Part shown: piece by piece, positions 8,801 to 15,836 of the stretch | Layout of the letters: each line of letters opens with the position of its first letter | Numbering within the stretch: the first letter of the stretch is position 1 | From: Myxococcota bacterium | GTDB taxonomy: Bacteria; Myxococcota_A; Polyangia; Polyangiales; Sandaracinaceae | Assembly: GCA_036149055.1 (NCBI GenBank) | Contig: JAYZQJ010000162.1 | Span: forward strand, 1 to 20,325 | DNA: 20,325 bases | Direction: 5' to 3' | Position numbers and translations under genes: made by a program | The notes under the pieces: model-generated | Databases searched by the model: none | Told to the model about the DNA's origin: nothing | The model's input: the letters and a program-made list of their open reading frames with translations, nothing else

Positions 8801-9110
8801 GCTCCTCGCGCCCCTCGCGCTGGCCTCCGTCGGGGCTCAGCACCCACGCGTCGGCGACGAGCTTCCGCTCCCCCTCGTGATCGTGCGGCGCGAGCCGGAC
8901 CCGGATCGAGCCCGCGCTCTGCCCGAGCTGGGGGCGGCCCGCGTCCCCGCCTCGTCCGCCGTGCCCGCCGCTCCCGCCGCCGTGATGGCCGGCGTGGCCG
9001 TGCGCGCCGTGGGCCCCGTCGCGCCCCGACACGTCGAGTCGGGCCAGGCTGCGGTCCGGGTCTCCCGAGCCCTCCTCCGGCGCCTCGAGCGCGTGCTGAC
9101 GGTAGACCAT
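5841..9110 (-). CDS. 1089-aa hypothetical protein: N-terminal Gly-rich (GGX) region, Ig-like beta domains, alpha/beta domain, helical C-terminus
   Basis: Long ORF with normal amino-acid composition outside the Gly tracts, ATG start, and a stop abutting the next gene. No signal peptide or clear TM segment seen. Confidence 0.85.
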   Translation of the reverse strand: MVYRQHALEAPEEGSGDPDRSLARLDVSGRDGAHGAHGHAGHHGGGSGGHGGRGGDAGRPQLGQSAGSIRVRLAPHDHEGERKLVADAWVLSPDGGQREGREELVFDEGGFVDLRAVGGRGGDGGHGGRGGDGARGRRGSDATRYRSGGNGGPGGDGGDGGDGTSGASGGSGGRVEVAVSGDHTHLLMLVRHDVRGGGGGAAGQNGAGGSGGAGGAGGSSHHWTTSESYRDAQGKTRTRTRHHSNPGGSSGPRGRDGRAGRARLHPGEAGPDGRFEIAVHYADRVERYEERYRLRLVSFAHLSANEDGVYEPDERVEVRGLRVMNVGGMPTPHNHDVQLALESEGWVWPDRDAHLRLPRALGPGEIAEVDGSLYFTIGDWEPEAPGDPFEAVDHILQGAVLPAAHRAFEGYHGPGDPQGRFLVRFPVQVSEIESLHALAPGEAARVRFAVRSVSGRSFGERGDVPRHVRFRLRPEGAELGSEHVTLHDAAGRAVPWDDGWVCAIAELGAGETRAFEATIAIAPDAPHYRSARFRLSLELERPRAAELRPVQLRDFEWRVARRYRRVEGCDVLLVTHHRTTRAQIDAWERLAARLGLKVAVWDCTLEGQLPLAAPREDGALLEHVAGGTVVILDAEIETAAGAVRPHRLLDRDALFRMKAHDVALAVVGGGEGDVDLARWLMPDDGAQPSARRASSGELRAAVAGLGDLHGQGELELHEVCDVHHVGFWFEPPTEALLERRALALSTHLRDEYPNRRFVVTPRFAPEQVSSVGLMKRWRVGELEVRTTLESGRSHVVHVSDRLGELRPEDIDGPYFQQVLLLARELEHKLERLEAVVARGGDPWPEVRAILVDLVNEQRAVLASGWRRGLSLSDVERALPMLRLLRDRAGRLSARAPEQEAALIELAARLRYFARARPRWWEWPLFPLRRATTLRWVALRLVDAWIEGAFGLPEAEERAPESRARVADARRRVREREAALRASLEQAEARHGPLGARGHSRLLMREPIEWAGVTTDAELIEGAADRLRTAHQLAAQRERDARDDALRERVRRAQSDARERLLVKRRVEAPEVEPLELERARGGTAAEASG

Positions 9111-9175
9111 GCGGCGGCGAGGATATCGCAGGCAGCTTGACGCGATGTGTCGCGCCGCGAAACGATGCCCCTGGC

Positions 9176-10048
9176 ATGGGCGCCGAAGCCGATCCGTCGC
9201 GCCAGAGCCTGCCGCCCGCCGGCACGGTCATGGGGGGGCGCTACCGACTCACCCGGCTCATCGCGGCCGGGGGGATGGGCGCCGTCTTCGAGGCCGAGGA
9301 CGAGCAGGAGGCGCGGACCGTCGCGCTCAAGCTCCTCCACCCCGAGCTGACCAGCGAGCGCGACGTGCGCCGCCGCTTCCGGCGCGAGAGCTCGGTGCTG
9401 CTCGCGCTCGACCACCCGAGCGTCGTCAAGCTCCTCGACGTCGGCACCAACGACGACGAGCTGCTCTTCTCGGTGATGGAGCTGCTCGACGGGGAGACCC
9501 TCTACGAGCGGCTCCAGGCGGGCGGCGCGATGACGCCGCGGGCGCTCCTGCCCATCGTCGACGGCATCGCCGAGGGGCTCGCCGCCGCTCACGAGCACGG
9601 CGTCATCCACGGCGACCTCAAGCCCGCGAACGTCTTCTTGCTGCGTGACCCCGCCGGTCCGTCGCCGGTGAAGCTGCTGGACTTCGGCCTGAGCAAGGTG
9701 CTCGGGCTCGAGCGGCTGACGCGCACCGGGGAGCTCATCGGGACCCCCGCCTACATGGCGCCCGAGCTGTTGACGGGCAAAGGAGAGCCCGACGCGCGCA
9801 TCGACACCTACGCGATGGGCGTGATCCTCTACCAGTGCCTCGCCGGGCGCGTGCCGTTCGAGGGCAAGGTCCCCGGCAAGCTCATGATGGACATCGTGAT
9901 GGGTGATCACCCGCCGCTCGCCGAGCTCGCGCCCGGTCTGCCCGAGGACGTGCCGCTCGTGGTCTCGCAGGCGATGAGCCGGCAACCGGGGCGCCGCTTC
10001 GGCAGCGCGATCGCCCTCGCCCGCGCCTTCCGCGCCGCCGCCGCGTGA
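9176..10048 (+). CDS. Hanks-type Ser/Thr protein kinase, catalytic domain only (~290 aa)
   Basis: AGGMGAVF, VALKLL, HPSVV, HGDLKPANV, DFGLSK, GTPAYMAPE, DTYAMG motifs. ATG 9176 preferred over the TTG at 9137. Confidence 0.93.
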   Translation: MGAEADPSRQSLPPAGTVMGGRYRLTRLIAAGGMGAVFEAEDEQEARTVALKLLHPELTSERDVRRRFRRESSVLLALDHPSVVKLLDVGTNDDELLFSVMELLDGETLYERLQAGGAMTPRALLPIVDGIAEGLAAAHEHGVIHGDLKPANVFLLRDPAGPSPVKLLDFGLSKVLGLERLTRTGELIGTPAYMAPELLTGKGEPDARIDTYAMGVILYQCLAGRVPFEGKVPGKLMMDIVMGDHPPLAELAPGLPEDVPLVVSQAMSRQPGRRFGSAIALARAFRAAAA

Positions 10049-11247
10049 TGAAGGGCAGGCAGCGAGGGCTCGCCGCCGTGGTGACGGTGGCCGGGGTGCT
10101 GGCGCTCGTGGCGTGGTCCACCTGGCGCGGCGATCGCGACGGCGAGGAGAGCGCGCGTCGGTGGGCCGGCGAGCAGTGGGACGTCGCGCGCGGCTGCTTC
10201 CTCGGCACCCCGGCCGGGCGCGGCGAGGCCGAGAGCGAGCTGGTGGTGAAGCTCTGTGGGCGCCTGCTCGAGACCCGCCTCTCGCCGCCCGAGGGCACGC
10301 CGTGGCCGGCGCGCTGCGTGGGGCTGCTGACCGGGGTGCGCGACGCCGGCGACGCCGACGCGATCGCGGCCCTCGAGATCCTCGCGCCCCGGGTGACCCC
10401 GGAGATGTCGCTCGAGGACGCGGCCGAGGCCCTGCGGGAGCTCGCCGGGCCGATCGCGACCCTCGACGAGGCGATGCCGCCGGGCGCCGCCTGGGATCCC
10501 CCCGCGGCCGGGCCGCCGGTCGCGCTGATCCTCGAGAGCCTCGACGACGCTCTGGCGCCGCCGCAGCGTCCTTTCCTCTCGGCGAGCGCGGGCGAGGCGC
10601 GCCTCTTCGACGAGCTGGGCGAGCGCCGCATCACCGGCGCGCCCGGCGGGCCGTGGACGCTCGAGCGCCCCGACGCGGCGCCGACCGAGCTCTCCCCGCC
10701 GACGCCCACCGCGCGGCACCCTCGCTTCGGCGCGGGCGGGCTGGTGTGGCTGGACGACGACGTCATCCACGCGGGCGAGGTCGAGGTGCCGCACCGCGTC
10801 GAGGGCGCCGACGGCCTCGCGCTCTGCGGCGACGCGCACTGGATCCTGGCCGCGGGCGAGCGCGTCTTTCGAGCCCCCGCTCAGCCGATCCGCCCGACGC
10901 CGCCGCGCGCGGGGGTCCGCGTCGCCTGTGACGCGTCGCGGGTGGTGCTCGCGTGGCCCGAGGAGGGGCGCTTCCGGCTCGTCGCCTGCACCGACGCGGG
11001 CTGCGCCGCGCTCCCGCCTCTGCCCGCCGGCGGCGATCTCCAGCTCGCGGTGCGCGGGGAGACGATCGTCGCCGCCGCCCGCGACCCGGAGAGCGGGGTC
11101 CCGGTGACGCGACGCCTGGACGGAGACGCGTGGAGCGCCCCGAGCCCGGCGCCGCGAGGCCGCCTGAGCGCCGACGCCGAGGCGTTCACCCTCACCACCG
11201 CCGACGGGCGCGCGGTGCGCAGCGAGACGGGGCTGTCGTTCCGTTGA
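10048..11247 (+). CDS. Hypothetical membrane-anchored or secreted protein (~399 aa)
   Basis: ATG overlaps the kinase stop (TGATG). Basic N-terminus plus hydrophobic LAAVVTVAGVLALVAW. Several Cys residues, and a C-terminal half of short beta-strand-like segments. Confidence 0.72.
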   Translation: MKGRQRGLAAVVTVAGVLALVAWSTWRGDRDGEESARRWAGEQWDVARGCFLGTPAGRGEAESELVVKLCGRLLETRLSPPEGTPWPARCVGLLTGVRDAGDADAIAALEILAPRVTPEMSLEDAAEALRELAGPIATLDEAMPPGAAWDPPAAGPPVALILESLDDALAPPQRPFLSASAGEARLFDELGERRITGAPGGPWTLERPDAAPTELSPPTPTARHPRFGAGGLVWLDDDVIHAGEVEVPHRVEGADGLALCGDAHWILAAGERVFRAPAQPIRPTPPRAGVRVACDASRVVLAWPEEGRFRLVACTDAGCAALPPLPAGGDLQLAVRGETIVAAARDPESGVPVTRRLDGDAWSAPSPAPRGRLSADAEAFTLTTADGRAVRSETGLSFR

Positions 11248-11288
11248 GCTCCGTCGACATCGCGGCTCGACCGCGCAAGACTCCCGAC

Positions 11289-12308
11289 GTGCGCTGGATC
11301 GTGATCTGGAGTCTCTCCCTGCTGCTGCTGCTGCCCGCGTGCGGCCGACGCCGCGCCCTCCACCCCCGGTCGGGGGGCCAGGGCCAGTGGGGCGCCCCGG
11401 CCGGGCAGCGCGGCGGCTGGATCTCGGTGAGCCCGCCGCGGACGGGGGTCACCGTGCAGATGCCGGCGGCCCCGCAGACGTCGACCCGCAGCGGGCGGGA
11501 CGACGACGGCGCGCGCTTCCACTCGACGATGGTGCGCAGCCAGGCGGCCACCGGCAGCTTCGCGCTCATCATCACCGAGTGGGAGGGCGGGCTGGTGGGC
11601 GACCCGCTCATCGCCGCCGCCGAGGTCGCCGACGACCTCTTCGAGACCCAGGAGCTCGGCCGGCGACGCTCGAACCGGCTCGACATGCCCGGCTTCTACG
11701 GCCGCGAGGACGTGGGCGTGGCCCCCAACGGCGCCTTCGTCGCGTTGCGGCAGTTCGTCGGCCGGCACCGGATCTACGTCGCGCTCGCCGTGGTCGCGAA
11801 CCATCAACTCAACCTGCAGGTCGCCGAGCACTTCATGGCGTCGATCGAGCTGCAGAACAACGACGCCCTCCTGCCCTTCGGACAGCCGAGCGAGCTCGAG
11901 GCCATCTACATGCCCGAGGCCGACTTCTCGGTCCGCATGCCGGCGCTGACCCACCGCTCGAGCTCGGAGGTGGAGATCGCCGGGCGCACCCGGAGCGCCT
12001 GGACCTACGAGAGCCGGGGCAGCGACGCCCGCTACCGGATCCGGGTCATCGCGTTCGAGGAGTCGCCGCCCGAGGGGATCCTGGAGACGGTCGGCACCCA
12101 GCTCTCACTGGGCACGCGGCAGCACCCGACCGACGCCTCCGGCTTCCCCGGCCACGTCTACTCGCGCGCGAGCGACTCGGGCGTCGGCGCGGCGCGGGTC
12201 TTCGTCACCGCGACCCGGGTCTACGTCGTGGACGAGGCCCACCGACGCGGCGCCACCGAGCACGAGGCGCGGGCCCGCGAGTTCTTCGACTCTTTCCGGA
12301 TTCACTGA
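11289..12308 (+). CDS. Lipoprotein with two tandem PsbP/DcrB-like domains (~339 aa)
   Basis: GTG 11289 gives MRWIVIWSLSLLLLLPA|C (lipobox). Internal duplication: VTVQMPA..GFYG..RIYV..AEHFMASIEL vs FSVRMPA..GFPG..RVYV..AREFFDSFRI. The fold call is inference. Confidence 0.75.
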   Translation: MRWIVIWSLSLLLLLPACGRRRALHPRSGGQGQWGAPAGQRGGWISVSPPRTGVTVQMPAAPQTSTRSGRDDDGARFHSTMVRSQAATGSFALIITEWEGGLVGDPLIAAAEVADDLFETQELGRRRSNRLDMPGFYGREDVGVAPNGAFVALRQFVGRHRIYVALAVVANHQLNLQVAEHFMASIELQNNDALLPFGQPSELEAIYMPEADFSVRMPALTHRSSSEVEIAGRTRSAWTYESRGSDARYRIRVIAFEESPPEGILETVGTQLSLGTRQHPTDASGFPGHVYSRASDSGVGAARVFVTATRVYVVDEAHRRGATEHEARAREFFDSFRIH

Positions 12309-13387
12309 TGCGCGCGCTCCTCTGCTTCGCCCTCGTCTCGCTCTCGGCCTGGACCGCGTCCGCGCAGGACGCCGCCCCGGCGGTGAACCTCCGCCCGATC
12401 GACCGGGCGACGGTGCGCATCCTCTCGCTGCGGGGGCTCGACGTCTCCCGCGGGGAGGGCCGCACCACCCGGGTGACCCGCGTGGCCGCCAACCCGCTGA
12501 GCTCGCACGGCTCGGGCGTCGCGATCGGCCCGCGGCTCGTGCTCACCGCGCGCCACGTGGTCTGGTCGGCCAACGCCTGGGTCGTCTTCCAGCCGGGCAG
12601 CAACGAGCCGATCGCCGCGCGCCCGATCTACGTCGATCCGGATCGCGACATCGCCTTCCTCACCCTCGACGAGCCGGTGAGCGACACCCTGAGCGGGCTC
12701 GAGGAGCGGCGGCTCACCCTGAGCGAGCGCGTGAGCGTCAGCGGCTACCCGCTCGACCTGCGCGAGACGATCCCGGCGGCGGCCAGCGGCGAGGTGAGCC
12801 GGGTGACGCGCAACGGGGAGCTGCACCTCACCATGACCGTGAACCCCGGCCACTCGGGCGGCCCGGTGATCGACGGCGAGGGGCACCTGGTCGGCATCCT
12901 GTCGGCGCGCGGGCGCATGGACCGCGGCGTGGAGGGCCTCGCCATCGCGGTGCCGATGAACCACATCCTGACGGCGCGCGGCCGGGTGCCGCAGACCGCG
13001 CCGACCTTCGATCAGGTGGACCGGGACGTCGCGCGGGTGATCTCCGTGCTCGCCGACGTGGAGGACCGCCCGCTGCACGAGCAGCGCGACACGATCGTCC
13101 CGCTCGTCCGCCGCGCGGTGAGCTGGGAGGACCACGACGCCGATCGCGACGCGCTCGCGGCGGCGCTGGCCTGGAACACCCTGCTCGGCCTCCTCGAGGA
13201 GCGGCGGGCCCCCGACATCGAGCAGCTCCCGGCCGACGACCGAGAGCAGGCGCTGCTGCTGCGCAACGCGGCCGGCCGGCTCGCCCGGCGGGCGCTCGAG
13301 AACGGCCCCCACGTGCGCCGCCTCTTCCCGATCGTGCGCGCGATCTCGCTCGGCCGGACCGACGGCGGCCCGAACGACGAGCAGTGA
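12308..13387 (+). CDS. Secreted trypsin-like (S1) serine protease without PDZ domain (~359 aa)
   Basis: Signal peptide MRALLCFALVSLSAWTASA|Q. Catalytic triad motifs GSGV..LTARHVV, DIAFL and NPGHSGGP. TGATG overlap with the upstream gene. Confidence 0.9.
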   Translation: MRALLCFALVSLSAWTASAQDAAPAVNLRPIDRATVRILSLRGLDVSRGEGRTTRVTRVAANPLSSHGSGVAIGPRLVLTARHVVWSANAWVVFQPGSNEPIAARPIYVDPDRDIAFLTLDEPVSDTLSGLEERRLTLSERVSVSGYPLDLRETIPAAASGEVSRVTRNGELHLTMTVNPGHSGGPVIDGEGHLVGILSARGRMDRGVEGLAIAVPMNHILTARGRVPQTAPTFDQVDRDVARVISVLADVEDRPLHEQRDTIVPLVRRAVSWEDHDADRDALAAALAWNTLLGLLEERRAPDIEQLPADDREQALLLRNAAGRLARRALENGPHVRRLFPIVRAISLGRTDGGPNDEQ

Positions 13388-13393
13388 CGCGGG

Positions 13394-14038
13394 TCAGGGC
13401 GCCTGCACGCGCACGCGGCGGCGGAGCTCGGCGACGAAGCCGGGCTGGTCGGTGATCAGATCGACCGAGGTGCCCTCGACGTCCACCGACGCGCCGTGCA
13501 CGTAGAGGGCGCAGCGATCCATGCCCTCGTTGCCCATCGCCGCCGCGAACGCGATGTGACAGCGGATGTGATCGACCACCGGCGCGAGGTCCTGCGCCGA
13601 GGCGAAGGTCATCCGGATGCCCGCCTCGATGTCCTCGACCTCGACCAGCCCGAGGAGCAGCGGGCAGCTCGCGCGCGTCTCCGGCGGGAACTCCGCGCAC
13701 TCGGCCTCGGCGAAGTCGCGGAGCTGCGCCGCCCGCTCTCGGTGCGCGCCCGCGTGCTCGCGGTGATCGTCCGCCGCGTGGAGGTGCACCTCGGTCGGGT
13801 TGTAGTGATCGGTGCCGTAGTAGAGGTCGGTGCCGGGCTGCTGCCCCCCGGTGGTGAGCCGCGCGTCGGGGTCGTACTGCCCCTCGTGCTCGGCGGCCGC
13901 GGCCTCCTCGCGCTCGGCCTCGGCTTCGTGCTCCGCCGCCGTCAGGTTCTCGGTGGCCGGGTCCTGCGGACCCCCGCACGCGACGCCGAGGGCGAGAGCG
14001 AGCAGGGCGACCGCGCTCCAGGTGATGGTCTTCGGCAT
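13394..14038 (-). CDS. His-rich lipoprotein of unknown function (~214 aa)
   Basis: ATG 14038 gives MPKTITWSAVALLALALGVA|C (lipobox). 11 His and 4 further Cys; acidic helical N-terminal half. Confidence 0.8.
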   Translation of the reverse strand: MPKTITWSAVALLALALGVACGGPQDPATENLTAAEHEAEAEREEAAAAEHEGQYDPDARLTTGGQQPGTDLYYGTDHYNPTEVHLHAADDHREHAGAHRERAAQLRDFAEAECAEFPPETRASCPLLLGLVEVEDIEAGIRMTFASAQDLAPVVDHIRCHIAFAAAMGNEGMDRCALYVHGASVDVEGTSVDLITDQPGFVAELRRRVRVQAP

Positions 14039-14100
14039 CGGGCGCGATGTACGCACCCCGCCTCCACGGGCCACGCGGCGCTGTCCCCCGCGAGCGAGGC

Positions 14101-14109
14101 TGCTACCCT
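14101..14109 (+). promoter_or_regulatory. Putative extended -10 element (TGCTACCCT) for the second kinase
   Basis: TGnTAnnnT match 6 nt upstream of GTG 14116, which is leaderless geometry. Confidence 0.45.
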
Positions 14110-14115
14110 CGGGCC

Positions 14116-15792
14116 GTGGCCCAGGCCGAGACGAGCCCCCCGCCGCGGCGGATCGCGGATCGGTACACCCTGCGGGGAGAGCTCGGGGCCGGCGGCATGG
14201 GCGTGGTCTACGAGGCGTTCGACGAGCGCCTGTCGCGGCCGGTGGCCCTGAAGCTGATCCACCCGCACCGCGACGCGGCGAGCAACGCCATCGAGCGGCT
14301 GGAGCGCGAGGCCCTGAGCGCGGCCCGCCTCGGTCACCCCAACATCGTGCGGGTGCTCGACTTCGGGCGCGCCGAGGACGGCGCCTTCCTGGTGATGGAG
14401 CAGCTGACCGGCGAGACCCTCGAGGCGCGGGTGGTGGACCGGGGACGGCTCGATCCAGCGCGCGCGGTCAAGATCCACCTGCAGCTCCTCGACGCGCTCG
14501 ACGCCGCGCACGCCGAAGGCGTCGTGCACCGGGACGTCAAGCCGTCGAACGTCTACCTCACCCGGCTCGCCGACGGCTCGGAGCTGGTGAAGCTGCTCGA
14601 CTTCGGGCTCGCCTATCTCCTCGAGGAGGCGGCGGCGAAGAAGCTGACGGCGACCGGGATCGCGATCGGCACGCCGGCCTACATGTCGCCCGAGCGGGTG
14701 CGCGGCGCGCCGGTCGACGCCCGCAGCGATCTCTACGCGGTCGGGGTGTCGCTCTACGAGTGCCTGACCGGCGAGCTGCCCTTCGCCGCCGCCACGCCGG
14801 TGGCCCTCCGCGGCCAGATCCTGCTCGAGCAGGCGCCGTCGATCCGGGACAAGCGCCCCGAGATCGCGGCGGCGCTGGTCGGGGTGGTGGAGCGGGCGAT
14901 GGCCAAGGAGCCCGACGCCCGGTTCGCCACCGCGCGCGCGATGAGCGAGGCCCTGCGGGCGGCCGCGGACGGGCTGACGGAGCACGGCGACGCGGGGACC
15001 GAGGCGCCCGCGGACCGGGCCCCCGCCGCCTCCACCCAGTCGGGCTTCGCCGAGGAGCGCGCCAAGATCGAGTCCTCGGAGACGATGCCCGCCATCCCGG
15101 CGAAGAAGCTCGAGCTCGGCACCCAGGAGACGCTCGCCGCGATCCCCGCCGGCACCCAGCGCGGGCTCGGCCGCCTGGGAGACGCGCCCGAGCCGGCGGC
15201 GGCCCCCGCGCTCCCCGCGACGCGCGCCCCGGGGGAGCTCGCCGCGCCTCCCGGCAAGGAGCGTGACCGCGATCCGCACGCCACCCTGCCGCGAGGCGGC
15301 ATCACCCGCCCGCACGCCAGGGCCCGGGAGCCGGTGTCGCCCCCGACCGCGGCCCGGAAGCGACCCGCGCGCGCGGGCTGGATGGTGGGGCTCGCGGTCG
15401 GCATGGGCGGCGGGCTGCTGGTCCTCGCGGCGCTCTGGATCTGGCACGTGAGCGGCGCGCCGGAGCCGACCGCGCCGCCGGCCGCCGCGCCCGTCACGGC
15501 TGAAGAGGTCACGCCCGAAGAGGTCACGCCCGAAGACAGCACGCCCGAGGTCGCGCCGGCTCCCGCGCCGGAGCCCACCGCGCCGGTCGAGGTCGTGGGC
15601 GTCGATCCGCCCGAGCCGGAGGTCGCGGCCGAAGTCGAGGCGCCCCCGCGTCGCCCCCGGCCCCGCCCGCGCCCTCGCCCGACGACGACGACCGCGCCGC
15701 CGCCCGCTCCGACGCCGCCGCCGCGCCGCCTCCCCGCGTCGTCGATCGACGGCCCCCTGGAGCCCGACTGGGGCTCGCCGCCGCCACGCTGA
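14116..15792 (+). CDS. Membrane-spanning Hanks-type Ser/Thr protein kinase (~558 aa)
   Basis: GAGGMGVVY, VALKLI, HPNIV, HRDVKPSNV, DFGLA, GTPAYMSPE, DLYAVG motifs. Disordered linker, TM segment WMVGLAVGMGGGLLVLAALWIW, Pro/Glu-rich tail. GTG 14116 preferred over ATG 14047. Confidence 0.93.
   Translation: MAQAETSPPPRRIADRYTLRGELGAGGMGVVYEAFDERLSRPVALKLIHPHRDAASNAIERLEREALSAARLGHPNIVRVLDFGRAEDGAFLVMEQLTGETLEARVVDRGRLDPARAVKIHLQLLDALDAAHAEGVVHRDVKPSNVYLTRLADGSELVKLLDFGLAYLLEEAAAKKLTATGIAIGTPAYMSPERVRGAPVDARSDLYAVGVSLYECLTGELPFAAATPVALRGQILLEQAPSIRDKRPEIAAALVGVVERAMAKEPDARFATARAMSEALRAAADGLTEHGDAGTEAPADRAPAASTQSGFAEERAKIESSETMPAIPAKKLELGTQETLAAIPAGTQRGLGRLGDAPEPAAAPALPATRAPGELAAPPGKERDRDPHATLPRGGITRPHARAREPVSPPTAARKRPARAGWMVGLAVGMGGGLLVLAALWIWHVSGAPEPTAPPAAAPVTAEEVTPEEVTPEDSTPEVAPAPAPEPTAPVEVVGVDPPEPEVAAEVEAPPRRPRPRPRPRPTTTTAPPPAPTPPPRRLPASSIDGPLEPDWGSPPPR
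15493..15552 (+). repeat. 4 x 15-bp in-frame tandem repeat (VTAEE-VTPEE-VTPED-STPEV) in the kinase tail
   Basis: gtcacggctgaagag / gtcacgcccgaagag / gtcacgcccgaagac / agcacgcccgaggtc. Confidence 0.8.
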
Positions 15793-15812
15793 CGGTCAAC
15801 CTCGTCTCGAGC

Positions 15813-15821
15813 TGCTAGAGT
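15813..15821 (+). promoter_or_regulatory. Putative extended -10 element (TGCTAGAGT) for the ABC transporter operon
   Basis: TGnTAnnnT match in a 44-bp intergenic gap, 15 nt upstream of ATG 15837; no Shine-Dalgarno. Confidence 0.4.
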
Positions 15822-15836
15822 CCGCGCGCCCGTTCC

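Noticed and set aside
8300..9030. Collagen triple-helix call for the Gly-rich region
   Set aside because: The tracts are mostly GGX, Pro-poor, short and interrupted by beta-like segments, which fits a polyglycine-II bundle better.
542..9140. Very long alternative-frame ORFs (542-4795 +, 1017-4907 -, 4925-5812 +, 5133-9140 +) and similar ones elsewhere (e.g. 14754-17591 -)
   Set aside because: Shadow ORFs expected in very GC-rich DNA with few stop codons. They are Arg/Ala/Pro/Gly-rich, lack motifs, and overlap genes with clear family signatures.
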